Counted from the first letter of the stretch, positions 44,693 through 54,045 are shown. The stretch: 64,000 nucleotides of DNA from an uncultured Candidatus Peribacteria bacterium (GCA_964554785.1 CAZKPW010000003.1:98243-162242), one strand, 5' to 3'. Notes: generated by a model from the sequence alone, not told the origin. Translations and numbers: made by a program.

Positions 44693-45541
44693 CTACGGAT
44701 TCCCGAATATAGTGCCTCCATTGTCCGTTTGAGTCCTGTTTCCCTTCTTTAAAATGTCCAATTCATCTATACCCGGCACGTCCACTACCCCCAGACCCGC
44801 AATCAACACTTGGCGATTCGCGCTGATGGCAGCCATACGTTTGTCTGCAATCTTGTGTAAATTCGTATAGAGATTGATGGTGCTGTTGATTTGCGTGACT
44901 TCGCTTTCGGCTTTTGCCTGTTCCGATTTTGCCGCCACAATCTCCGTCTGCTTCTGGCTGGCAACGGTATAGTCTTCTTTTTGCAAAGACATATTCAAGT
45001 CATGCTGGATGGAAGTGACCACCGTCCGCTTGTCATGTTGAATGCCGAGCAGTTCTTTCTGTTGTTGTTTGAGTGCGGTCAGCTGCGCCTTGCTTCGGGT
45101 GAGGATGGAATTGAGTGTCTCTAAATACGTGTCGAGCGTCTGTTGTCGGTCCGCACTTCTGTTCAGCATGTCCGGCACATTGACCTGCAACACAATGGCA
45201 AGCTGTTGGAGAATTTCGAAAGATTGCGCGGGGTTTTCTTGGTCTTCTATAAAAATGCCCAGCCCCGTGTTCACACCGTTTTCTGCTCCCTGTACGTGGA
45301 CCCCCGTGGAATCAATGAGGAAATTTGCAACGTACATCCCGAGTGGTGCACCGGGCGCCGCTCCGTTTTTTTGCATGCCCAGAACCAGTGGTCCCGTTTG
45401 CATCACCCCTGTTTGTGCGCCCGTTACTGTGACTGCCGCGGGTACGGCAGGAGTTTGCTTGCAGTGCGCCAGACTGAGCGCCGCAAGGACTAAGAGAAAA
45501 TTTTTCGTGGGTGTGTGCACGGAACGTATTCTACCGCACAT
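44693..45541 (-). CDS. Lipoprotein-like coiled-coil protein upstream of virB4
   Basis: FLLVLAALSLAHCKQ lipobox-like signal and a C-terminal coiled-coil half. It is in the same orientation as the ATPase, 59 nt upstream. Confidence 0.55.
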   Translation of the reverse strand: MCGRIRSVHTPTKNFLLVLAALSLAHCKQTPAVPAAVTVTGAQTGVMQTGPLVLGMQKNGAAPGAPLGMYVANFLIDSTGVHVQGAENGVNTGLGIFIEDQENPAQSFEILQQLAIVLQVNVPDMLNRSADRQQTLDTYLETLNSILTRSKAQLTALKQQQKELLGIQHDKRTVVTSIQHDLNMSLQKEDYTVASQKQTEIVAAKSEQAKAESEVTQINSTINLYTNLHKIADKRMAAISANRQVLIAGLGVVDVPGIDELDILKKGNRTQTDNGGTIFGNP

Positions 45542-45720
45542 ATTCGGGCACTGCTAATTGCGTCTGTGGAGGCCTTTTTTTGGAATATGGAGCGTCTTCC
45601 GCAGAGTCTAAAATTGTGTTCAAAACATGAGTATAAAGTGTGAGCAAGATCAAATAATGTTTTCATATAGAAACCCTGCTTTTACCTGATATAGTTCAGC
45701 CGTTTTATTGAATAGCGTTT

Positions 45721-47436
45721 GTGTTCAGCCTCATGTTTCAGCACCTTGCCACCGAAGCCAATCAGATCGTCCAATCACTCTTCGGGGTGGAGGATCTTTT
45801 TGTGGAATGGCAGAAGCCGCAGGAGGCCTCACACGGAGATATTTCGACTGTTATTGCGCTCAAAATTGCACGTCAAAAAGGACTCAATCCGCGTGAGGTG
45901 GGGGAGAAGATTGCAGAGGCACTTGTGAACAGTCCGTCGGTTCTGAAGGCGGAAGTTGCGGGTGCGGGATATGTAAACGTCTGGTTGAAACCTGCTGCAC
46001 TTTTGAAAGAATTGGAGGAGACGTTGCATGCGTGCAGTCCCAAGAAAACTCGCGACGAGGCGCCGGTGATTATTGAATACTCGGGACCCAATATTGCAAA
46101 GCCGCTTGGCATTCATCACATCATTGGAACGGTGGTCGGTCAGGCAGTCAGTAACCTCTATGAGTTTGCCGGTTACCCTGTCATCCGTTGGAACTATATG
46201 GGGGACTGGGGAACGCAATTTGGAAAGTTAGCGGTCGCTATTCGCAAATGGGGTACAGATAAAAAAGTGACCGATTACAGCATTGATGAATTACTCGCAC
46301 TCTATGTAAAATTCCATGACGAGCTTGCAGTTCATCCGGAACTCGACGATGAAGCGCGTGAGGAATTCCGCAAATTGGAAAGTGGAGATGCAGACGTCCG
46401 TGCGTTCTGGAGTGATGTTGTCTCTGTTACAAAAGCATCTCTCGGACACTTGTATGACCGTTTACATGTCCGGTTTGATTTGGATTTGGGAGAGAGTTTT
46501 TATGAAGACAAAATGGAGCCGGTTTTGGAAGAGGGAAAAAAGAAGAGTGTCTTTGTTCCGGGGCTGGAAGGATCGTTTATTGTCGAGTTTTCCGAGGAAT
46601 CCAAACTCCCTCCATTCCTTGTACAGAAAGGGGACGGTGCGACTTTGTACTCTACACGCGATATTGCTCAAATGCGCTATAGGACCGATACCTATAAGCC
46701 ACAGCGTATTTTAATTTTTACGGATATTGCGCAGAAACTTCACTTTGAACAGGTGGTGGCAACGTGTGAAAAACTCGGATGGGAATTGCCTCCGTTCGAA
46801 AATGTTCTTTTCGGTCGCATGCGTTTTGCGGATAAAAGCATGAGCACTCGGAAGGGAAATATTTTGAAATTAGAAGATGCACTCGACGAAGGTGAATCAC
46901 GCGCAGAGACGGTCATTGCAGAAAGAGGTGAGACCATTCAGACAGACGATCCAAAAAATCTCGCAGAAATGATGGGAGTGGGCGCGCTCGTGTACGGCAT
47001 CCTCAGCCAGAACCGCAAGATGGACATGGTGTTCGATTGGGACAAAATGCTCAGCTTTGAAGGAAATAGTGCACCGTATTTGCAGTACACGCATGCCAGA
47101 GCAAAGTCGGTTCTCCGTAAGGCGGATGGGGAGATCGGAGATTGGAGATCGGAGATGGGGACGAGCGAATTAACGATATCAGAAAGAATTCTTATGGGGA
47201 CATTGCTCCAGTTCCCGCATGTGCTTACGGAAGCACGGAGCGAACATTTGCCACACAAACTTGCCAATTTTTTGTACCAGCTCTGTCAGGATTTTAACTC
47301 CTTCTATAACAGCGAAAACATTCTTCAGGCTGAACCAACTGTGCGCGCAATGCGCATTCACCTTACCTCTCTTACGGCAACGGTTTTAAAAACCGGAGCT
47401 GAACTTCTTACTCTGCGCGTCCCGGACCGCATGTAA
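45721..47436 (+). CDS. argS: Arginyl-tRNA synthetase
   Basis: 571 aa. N-terminal Arg-tRNA-binding domain, SGPNIAKPLGIHHIIG, ..MSTRKGN.., C-terminal DALR-type helices ending ..RM. The start is GTG 45721 or ATG 45733. Confidence 0.95.
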   Translation: MFSLMFQHLATEANQIVQSLFGVEDLFVEWQKPQEASHGDISTVIALKIARQKGLNPREVGEKIAEALVNSPSVLKAEVAGAGYVNVWLKPAALLKELEETLHACSPKKTRDEAPVIIEYSGPNIAKPLGIHHIIGTVVGQAVSNLYEFAGYPVIRWNYMGDWGTQFGKLAVAIRKWGTDKKVTDYSIDELLALYVKFHDELAVHPELDDEAREEFRKLESGDADVRAFWSDVVSVTKASLGHLYDRLHVRFDLDLGESFYEDKMEPVLEEGKKKSVFVPGLEGSFIVEFSEESKLPPFLVQKGDGATLYSTRDIAQMRYRTDTYKPQRILIFTDIAQKLHFEQVVATCEKLGWELPPFENVLFGRMRFADKSMSTRKGNILKLEDALDEGESRAETVIAERGETIQTDDPKNLAEMMGVGALVYGILSQNRKMDMVFDWDKMLSFEGNSAPYLQYTHARAKSVLRKADGEIGDWRSEMGTSELTISERILMGTLLQFPHVLTEARSEHLPHKLANFLYQLCQDFNSFYNSENILQAEPTVRAMRIHLTSLTATVLKTGAELLTLRVPDRM

Positions 47437-47490
47437 TTTTATTTTTTAGGACGTTGCAACGCAACGCCCCTACACCTTCCTTCCTATCCC

Positions 47491-48927
47491 ATGGCCCGCC
47501 CGTATTCTTCTTCTCGTTCCCGTACACGCACTCCTTCTCCGTTTGTCGTCTTTCTTCTGGTTGCATCGTTTGGCATCCTCTTTGTCGGTTGCAAAGGCCC
47601 CGAAGATGTAAACGAAAATCAGGATTTTGTATTCACTCAGGAGAACATGGACGAAGCGCATCAGCTGGCGGAAAACGCATCGAGTGACGCCATGCTAACG
47701 GGTACTGGCACATCGCCGTACTTGGAAGGAATTGATACAGGAAGTGGATCTGCCGATACCGCAGTACTGGATCTTTCCATGGTGAATACCTACAAGTCCA
47801 TTCGTACGGGACAGGGTGCGGCATCCGGAAACAGCTACCGCGTGACGAATGAATTCTTGAACGTCCGCGATAACCCTGCAACGACCGCAACCAGCGTTGC
47901 GCGTTTGGTGTATGGAGATCCGGTGGAAGTCTTGGCGTTTACAAACGCGAGTTGGGCACAGGTGAAGACGGCGGCAGGCCAGACCGGATACGTGTCTGTT
48001 CGCTACATTGCAAAGATGACTAGCGACGAAAAGTTGGCGGATGAAAAGAAGGCATTCGAAGGACAGTATTATGTAAGCTACGGATTTGTGAACGTTCGAA
48101 AGGAACCGAATCAGAAGAGTGAGAAGGTGGGGGAAATTCCGGGTCAGACCATCGTGAAGCCCACGAGCATTGCAGACGGTTGGGCTGCGGTAAGCGCCAA
48201 CGGGGTAACCGGTTATGCGGCCGCATCGTACTTGGCTCCGTTCAAACCAAACTTCATTGTGCGCCAGAACCAATACACGTTGCCGGTTCTTCACTACCAG
48301 CTTACGAAGGGGCAGGAGGCGGATGTCATGAGAGCACTCACTGCGCATGTGACTGCGCTGAAGGCAAAGGGAAAGATCTTTATTACCTTCGCAAAATTCC
48401 ATGATCTCCTTCTTCAGCAGCAGAAGCAGGACATTAAAATTGATACCAATTATGTCATTATTGCCGTGACCGGTATTACGCCGGAAAATGTCCGCACCAC
48501 ATCCGATGCGCTGGTTGCGGCGAACGTGGATGCAACACTCTTCATTCAGAGTCGTCACATTGGCCTGAGTGGCATTACGCAGAAAACGCTTCTGAACCTT
48601 CTGGCAAACGGGTTCGATATTGAATCGAACACACATACCGGGGACGATCTTCGCGCTCTTACAAACGCGCAGGTGGACTTGGAATTAAAGCAGAGCAGGA
48701 AGATTATTGAAGACCTTACTAACAAGAAGGTCATTGCCGTTGCGTACCCTGCAGGCGGATCCAACGATCGTGTGATTGATCTGGCCGGCCAAGACGGATA
48801 CCTGCTGGGACTCAGTACGGGTTCCAATAAGACCTTCACACGCGATCAGCTTTTGAATATTCCGGGAATCGATATCTTCCCGAATATGACGGCGGAGGAG
48901 GTGGTGACATTGGTGGGGGCGAAGTAA
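47491..48927 (+). CDS. Lipoprotein with two SH3b-like domains and a polysaccharide deacetylase (NodB-type) domain
   Basis: Lipobox ILFVGC. YRVTNEFLNVRDNP..GYVSVRYI and YYVSYGFVNVRKEP..GYAAASYL. C-terminal ..FDIESNTHTGDDL..VAYPAGG.. Confidence 0.75.
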   Translation: MARPYSSSRSRTRTPSPFVVFLLVASFGILFVGCKGPEDVNENQDFVFTQENMDEAHQLAENASSDAMLTGTGTSPYLEGIDTGSGSADTAVLDLSMVNTYKSIRTGQGAASGNSYRVTNEFLNVRDNPATTATSVARLVYGDPVEVLAFTNASWAQVKTAAGQTGYVSVRYIAKMTSDEKLADEKKAFEGQYYVSYGFVNVRKEPNQKSEKVGEIPGQTIVKPTSIADGWAAVSANGVTGYAAASYLAPFKPNFIVRQNQYTLPVLHYQLTKGQEADVMRALTAHVTALKAKGKIFITFAKFHDLLLQQQKQDIKIDTNYVIIAVTGITPENVRTTSDALVAANVDATLFIQSRHIGLSGITQKTLLNLLANGFDIESNTHTGDDLRALTNAQVDLELKQSRKIIEDLTNKKVIAVAYPAGGSNDRVIDLAGQDGYLLGLSTGSNKTFTRDQLLNIPGIDIFPNMTAEEVVTLVGAK

Positions 48928-48946
48928 GCGATCTTCATAGGGATAA

Positions 48947-48975
48947 GAAAAACGCTCCGGAAGGAGCGTTTTTTG
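48947..48975 (+). terminator. Rho-independent terminator
   Basis: aacgctcc-ggaa-ggagcgtt followed by ttttt. Confidence 0.8.
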
Positions 48976-48993
48976 TAGTCGATATTATCAGCT

Positions 48994-49353
48994 TTATTTG
49001 GTTGTCGGTTTCCCGATGTAGTCATTGAATGTATCCATCAGTCCTTTTTGGTTATATCCGGAAATACTTTTGACGGACATATCGGTCAGTTGCTGCATGA
49101 ATTCCGTGCCGTGTGCATAGAAGTACCAAGCGCTGGCTAGGAAAATGATGATAGGCACCAGCGTGAAGACGCCGCGGATAAATCCGCCCACCGTTCGCCA
49201 TTGATCGCGGCGGTCCATGCGGTGGAGATAGCGAATGATGACATCCAGCTTTTGTTCTGCACTCAGTTCGTGCGTGGCGGGAGGTGTGTCGCTGCGATGA
49301 TCGATTTCAATAATTGCTTCCGGTTCGGATTCGGTGGGTGATTTGCGTGGCAT
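48994..49353 (-). CDS. Small membrane protein, unknown function
   Basis: 119 aa with one TM helix (GVFTLVPIIIFLASAWYFY). Confidence 0.5.
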   Translation of the reverse strand: MPRKSPTESEPEAIIEIDHRSDTPPATHELSAEQKLDVIIRYLHRMDRRDQWRTVGGFIRGVFTLVPIIIFLASAWYFYAHGTEFMQQLTDMSVKSISGYNQKGLMDTFNDYIGKPTTK

Positions 49354-49409
49354 GCTGAAAGTATAGGGTGAGGGTTGGGGCTAGGGCTAGGATTTGGAAT
49401 ATCTTTTTT

Positions 49410-50516
49410 TTAAAAACCTCGTTTCCATTTACGGACAAACTCAAACGCGCGCGTAAGGTAATATGTTTGTGAGAGGGGAAGATCGAAGCAGTGTTCCAGG
49501 TTCAGAAGATTGCCTCCAAATCCCGTCTTAAATAATGTGACACCTGCAAAAGGATGTTTGGGATTCAGGATTTCTTGTTTCGTTTCTTGGTCGGGATTCT
49601 CCGATTTCTTTTCTCCCATGGGCGCAATGCCCCAAAAGTTATAGATAGTGTCGCCACGCTTCAGGGCATCCTGAATAGCGCGCCACTGCAGCAAGTAACT
49701 GGCGGGCACTTTGCTAAGGACGCTGGCTCCGTGGTGATAGCTGGTCTCGCCGCCAAATTGCATATGGATGGATGTTGCGAGTACCTGGCCTTCGTGACGT
49801 GCAATGTACACAAGAACTTCTTCTGTTGGCGCAAAACGTTGTACCTGCGCACGGAAGAAGCTATTGGTGTAGGGCGTAAAGCCATGGCGCTTACGCGTTT
49901 CGTCGTGGAGCTTAATAAATTCTTCTACGTCGCGTATTGGATCGGTCGAGAGTTCAACGGTCACGCCGTCTTTTTCTGCACGGCGAATAAGGTTGCGTGT
50001 GGTTTTGCGCATGGACATCAAAATTTCTTCCTCTTTCCTAAGGTCTAGGGAAAGGTTAATGGAAAGGGTTTTATTCCATGTATCATGTGTTTTAAGCGGG
50101 AGGTACCAAATATGCTCAGCAAGCAGATGCAGTGGCGAGTTGATGCCTTTCAGTGATGATGCGTGTTGTTCATTGGAAAACGGACTCATACGTATAAAGC
50201 TACAGCTATGTTTTTGAGCTTCTTCTTTTAATCCATTCACTAACTTCTCAAAAACCTGGTAACTGGTAACCGATAACTGATCACTCGCAATAGGTCCATA
50301 CTGCACCATGATATGTCTCCCTCTGCGTGCGGGAACAAGAATAGCCTGGCAGATGCCGACAATTTTTCCGTCATCGCGTACTTCCAGGCGGATTGGCTCT
50401 TGGCCGATATCGCGGTAGACGTCGCCCATGGTCCAGCACTGCAAGAATGGTGAGAAGCGTTGTGCTTTCAGGAAGTCATCCCATGCCTGCGGATCGGTTG
50501 CGAGTTGGACGATCAT
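49410..50516 (-). CDS. FemAB-family peptidoglycan peptide-bridge aminoacyltransferase
   Basis: 368 aa with the typical Fem layout (..FLQCWTMGDV.., ..YHHGAS.., ..YNFWGI..). It overlaps the upstream gene by 4 nt. Confidence 0.8.
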   Translation of the reverse strand: MIVQLATDPQAWDDFLKAQRFSPFLQCWTMGDVYRDIGQEPIRLEVRDDGKIVGICQAILVPARRGRHIMVQYGPIASDQLSVTSYQVFEKLVNGLKEEAQKHSCSFIRMSPFSNEQHASSLKGINSPLHLLAEHIWYLPLKTHDTWNKTLSINLSLDLRKEEEILMSMRKTTRNLIRRAEKDGVTVELSTDPIRDVEEFIKLHDETRKRHGFTPYTNSFFRAQVQRFAPTEEVLVYIARHEGQVLATSIHMQFGGETSYHHGASVLSKVPASYLLQWRAIQDALKRGDTIYNFWGIAPMGEKKSENPDQETKQEILNPKHPFAGVTLFKTGFGGNLLNLEHCFDLPLSQTYYLTRAFEFVRKWKRGF

Positions 50517-50923
50517 CTGTCTTGAGCTTTGTAGACGAATTTAAGACCATAATACTGATATTCAATTTCACACTTTCCTACCTCGGACAGTTTGTGCTTT
50601 TTTCCGATATCGCGCACGGTTGCAGATTTTAGATCGGTTGTAATGCCCGAAATGATCTGCGGCCACACAATCCAGAGTACACCGTGTTTTGCGATTTGCT
50701 GTTTCAAATTTTCAAATTGAGCATCGAGATCCTTTGCGTCGGTCGCAAAGTAAATGAGCATGTCTGCGTTAGTGCCGGGCGTTTGTTGCAAAATAACCTG
50801 GCGCACTTCCGATCCGAGCGTGCCAAAGACCGTCGTGGGGACATTGCAAAGGATAACGGTATGTCCGGGTTTAATGCCCAGGCGTTTCGAGAGTGGATCG
50901 TGGCGGCTGCTGAGGGGGCTCAT
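50513..50923 (-). CDS. DUF3052-like small protein
   Basis: LSKRLGIKPGHTVILCNVP.. then ..HGVLWIVWPQ.. resembles the DUF3052 pattern (tentative). It is translationally coupled on both sides. Confidence 0.55.
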   Translation of the reverse strand: MSPLSSRHDPLSKRLGIKPGHTVILCNVPTTVFGTLGSEVRQVILQQTPGTNADMLIYFATDAKDLDAQFENLKQQIAKHGVLWIVWPQIISGITTDLKSATVRDIGKKHKLSEVGKCEIEYQYYGLKFVYKAQDR

Positions 50924-52164
50924 TTGGAAAGGAGGGGATCGAGTAGGGCTGCAAGTTCGAGTGCTTGTTCTTTCGTGGTACCCGGATGCGTGGGTAAGTT
51001 CAGAATAGCTTCAGAGACTTCTTCTGCCGACGGGTCTTGTCCTTCCGTGTATCCGGCATCTTCTATGTCCGTCGTCTCCGGACAAATCACGCACCCATTC
51101 CAGCCGTCGTTCAAATGGATGTTCAGCGTTTTCAGATGTGCGCGAATGGCATTGGCGCCTCTGGTGAAGATGGGAAATTTTTGGAGGGGCAGGTTATATT
51201 CAATGCCGCTCAAAAGAGGCCATTTGTGTGTGACGCCAAAATCCACATACGTATTCGTCAGCATTCGTCGGTGATCATTAATTTCCTCCAGTTTTTGTAA
51301 TTGCTGCAGAGCCAGCACGGCACAAGCGCCGGGCATCTTGTGGACAACGGGACTCATAATGCCTTCTTTTTCCTTCTTGCTGGTTGCGGGTATCAGCAGT
51401 TTTATTTTTGCGGCCACTACCAAAATCGCTTTCCCAATCACCATGCCGTAAAGCGGGCGTACTATTGCGTAGAGGAGAGGGTACTGGAGCAGTGCAAAAA
51501 TAGTGCCCAGTGATTCCTCTACAGCTCCCTCCTGTTCTTTGCGAAGCGCTGCTGCAATCGCCGGGTGTCTTGTGAGCATGGCACCGCCGCTTACGCCGGA
51601 AAATGCTTTGTCGCGCGAGAAGCTTGCCAGCAATGTGTCTCCATATTTTCCGACTGTCGCCGGACCTTTTACATCGGGCAGCATATGAGCGCAGTCTTCA
51701 ATCAGAAGAAGCTGATGCTCATCGCATACTTTTCGAAGAGCCTGCGTGTCTCCGGGAATCCCAAATGTATTTTGGCACACTATTGCTCGCGTCTTCGGGG
51801 TAATGGCGGCTTTGAGCGCTTCAAGATTAAAATTTAACGTGTCTTTGTCGATATCCGCATAGACTGCCACCAGTCCCGCCGTATGAATGGCATTCGACAT
51901 GACGATGCAAGTGTAGCCCTGCAAAATAATTTCATCGCCCGGTTGATAGTTCATCGCTCGGAGAAGTGCGAGCATGGATTCACGACCTGTTCCAAACGTG
52001 ATTGCTTCCATGTGAAACTTTGCCTCCAGCGCTTTCTCGAATGTTTTCACATCCGCACTGTTTCTATAGCGCCATGGTTGCAGCGTGCATAAAAATGCGA
52101 GCCATCTTTGGGCGCTGTCTCCGTGCGGAGCAAAGTAATGATGTATGGGGCGAAAGAGACTCAT
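50920..52164 (-). CDS. DegT/DnrJ/EryC1/StrS-type PLP-dependent aminotransferase-like protein with a hydrophobic insertion
   Basis: FEKALEAKF..GTGRESMLALL..PGDEIILQGYTC..IEDCAH..ASFSRDKAFSGVSGGAML (Lys position). There is an extra hydrophobic stretch LLYAIVRPLYGMVIGKAILVVAAKIKLLI. Confidence 0.75.
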   Translation of the reverse strand: MSLFRPIHHYFAPHGDSAQRWLAFLCTLQPWRYRNSADVKTFEKALEAKFHMEAITFGTGRESMLALLRAMNYQPGDEIILQGYTCIVMSNAIHTAGLVAVYADIDKDTLNFNLEALKAAITPKTRAIVCQNTFGIPGDTQALRKVCDEHQLLLIEDCAHMLPDVKGPATVGKYGDTLLASFSRDKAFSGVSGGAMLTRHPAIAAALRKEQEGAVEESLGTIFALLQYPLLYAIVRPLYGMVIGKAILVVAAKIKLLIPATSKKEKEGIMSPVVHKMPGACAVLALQQLQKLEEINDHRRMLTNTYVDFGVTHKWPLLSGIEYNLPLQKFPIFTRGANAIRAHLKTLNIHLNDGWNGCVICPETTDIEDAGYTEGQDPSAEEVSEAILNLPTHPGTTKEQALELAALLDPLLSK

Positions 52165-52194
52165 GATGACGTAAGGTCTAGGTGAAGGCTTGGG

Positions 52195-53784
52195 TTAAGG
52201 GAGGAGTTTTTGGATGAAGGAGAGCGGCATGCGACCAATACAGAGAAGGACTGATCCGGCTGCCACTTTTTCTGTTCCTGAGGATAGCAGTTCCACGGGT
52301 TTTCCGTAGCCTTCTGCAAAAGAATCTCGTCCCGTTTCTGCGGTAAAAATCACGCGATCAACCGATGATGTCGCAGCCTTCCCCAGTTCCTGCATAAATG
52401 CAGATTCCGCTTCTCCCGTTTCCATCAGTCCGCTTAGGAGCAGTACGCGCGGACGTTCTTTTCTTTGTGATGCCCAATGTAAACCGGCATGCACGCTCAA
52501 GCGACTGCTGTTATAGGTATCGTCCACAAGCAGTACGCCCTGTTCGTTTTTAACATGGAAACTATGTGCGAGAGACTGAAACGATTCCAAAAGTTCGTGT
52601 ATGCGCTTGCTGCTGATTCCCAGACTTTTTGCGATTCCCATCGCAAGCAGAATATTCCCGATATTATGAAGGCCATGCAGACCGATTTCCGAAGTCTGCC
52701 CGTCGAACGTAAGCATCAATCCCTTTTCTGTTTGTTCGACTTTTTCAAAACGAAGAGTGGCGTCTTTATGTTCGCCTACGAGTGTGACCGCACAAGGCGT
52801 GCCGTCTGCCAGTCCTCGCGTTGCGTCGTTATCGGCATACAGGAAGGCTTGGCCGTTTTCGGGAAGTGCATGCAACAGTTCTGCATTCGCTTCTACAATG
52901 GCTTCTTCTGATCCAAACAGTGCCAAGTGATCCGATCCCAATGCCGTCATAACGCCTATGGTCGGTTTCACAAATTCGCACATCAGCGCAATTTCTCCCT
53001 TTCTGTAGGCCCCCATTTCCACAATGAAGATTTTCGTATTTCGTATTTCGGATTTCGTATTTCCGCGATTAGTGATTGCGGCCATCCATTGAGCCACTCC
53101 CATTTCCGTGTTTACATGTTCGGGGGTCGCTAGAGGATGTAGATCCTGCAACAGATGTTTGAGCAGTTCTTTGGTCGTTGTCTTCCCAACGCTGCCTGCA
53201 ATACCAATGACCGTCGCATCTTTCCATGTATTGCGAATGGCTGCCGCGCGGAGAAAGTGTTTTGTTTTGAGAAATCCATCAAGGGGTAACAGCATTGCCC
53301 ATGCAATGAGAACAATGACCGGTTGTAGGAGAAGGAGAAGCGGGGCAAGAATGAGGAAAGGAGTCGTGAGGTGCACGGCAATACCAAACAGAGCAAAAGA
53401 CACCGTGCCCATAAGCAGCGCCTTTAGAGTCCATACCGGCATGCGCTGTTTATGCATCATAAACTGTGCAGCAGTCAGTCCGCACCAGAGACAGAGCATT
53501 GTTCCATGAACAATAAAAAGCCCGGTTATGGTGTTGATGAGTGCCTCTTTGCTATTTGCCTGCAGGAGAAACCAAAACCCGCCGATAATGATGACGACAT
53601 GCAAGAGAGCCAAATATGGTCGCACTTTGCCCCATAGTTGCCGAAAGACTCCTTCTCGCTGCAAATGGTCCAATAAACGGTCAAAACGCCATTCTTTCTG
53701 TTGAAAAAGCGCCAGGAAAGTCAGAAGGGGAGAAAGTGCTCCTATAACCGTTAAAAGTGTGAAAAACAGGGCAATAAGCTGCAT
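52195..53784 (-). CDS. murF: Mur ligase (MurF-like) with a polytopic N-terminal membrane domain
   Basis: VIGIAGSVGKTTTKELL, ..EMGA.., ..DDTYNS.. form the ligase core. It is preceded by ~200 aa with 5-6 hydrophobic helices. The Met at 53784 is preferred. Confidence 0.8.
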   Translation of the reverse strand: MQLIALFFTLLTVIGALSPLLTFLALFQQKEWRFDRLLDHLQREGVFRQLWGKVRPYLALLHVVIIIGGFWFLLQANSKEALINTITGLFIVHGTMLCLWCGLTAAQFMMHKQRMPVWTLKALLMGTVSFALFGIAVHLTTPFLILAPLLLLLQPVIVLIAWAMLLPLDGFLKTKHFLRAAAIRNTWKDATVIGIAGSVGKTTTKELLKHLLQDLHPLATPEHVNTEMGVAQWMAAITNRGNTKSEIRNTKIFIVEMGAYRKGEIALMCEFVKPTIGVMTALGSDHLALFGSEEAIVEANAELLHALPENGQAFLYADNDATRGLADGTPCAVTLVGEHKDATLRFEKVEQTEKGLMLTFDGQTSEIGLHGLHNIGNILLAMGIAKSLGISSKRIHELLESFQSLAHSFHVKNEQGVLLVDDTYNSSRLSVHAGLHWASQRKERPRVLLLSGLMETGEAESAFMQELGKAATSSVDRVIFTAETGRDSFAEGYGKPVELLSSGTEKVAAGSVLLCIGRMPLSFIQKLLP

Positions 53785-53824
53785 GCAGTAAGGAAAAGAG
53801 AAGAGAGTATAGCGCACTCTTAGT

Positions 53825-53853
53825 TTGCTAAAATAGTATAAATATGTTATAAT
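53825..53853 (+). promoter_or_regulatory. Near-consensus sigma70-type promoter (TTGCTA-17 nt-TATAAT)
   Basis: -35 at 53825-53830 and -10 at 53848-53853, with an exact 17-nt spacer. Confidence 0.55.
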
Positions 53854-53888
53854 ATAAAATAGTTTTACATCCATACCAACCTTCCATT

Positions 53889-53990
53889 ATGGAAATGCAA
53901 AAGAGTGCAAACTTCACTCATGCAGTCGCAGGATTCGTTCTTGCATCCATGTACTTCGTGTACATGTTCGTCCTCTTGCCACGCATGTAA
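53889..53990 (+). CDS. 33-aa hydrophobic peptide (candidate small membrane protein or type I toxin-like)
   Basis: ATG..TAA encodes MEMQKSANFTHAVAGFVLASMYFVYMFVLLPRM. It sits between the promoter above and a + strand terminator. No obvious SD. Confidence 0.35.
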   Translation: MEMQKSANFTHAVAGFVLASMYFVYMFVLLPRM

Positions 53991-54015
53991 TTCTTCCCAG
54001 TCGACTGTGAAGCAG

Positions 54016-54040
54016 AGAGGGGCTTCGGCCCCTCTTTTTT
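54016..54040 (+). terminator. Rho-independent terminator (T-run only on + strand)
   Basis: agaggggc-ttcg-gcccctct followed by tttttt. Confidence 0.75.
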
Positions 54041-54045
54041 ATGTG

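Noticed and set aside
47695-48636. 313-aa minus-strand ORF
   Set aside because: It is antisense to the SH3b/polysaccharide-deacetylase lipoprotein gene, which has recognisable domains.
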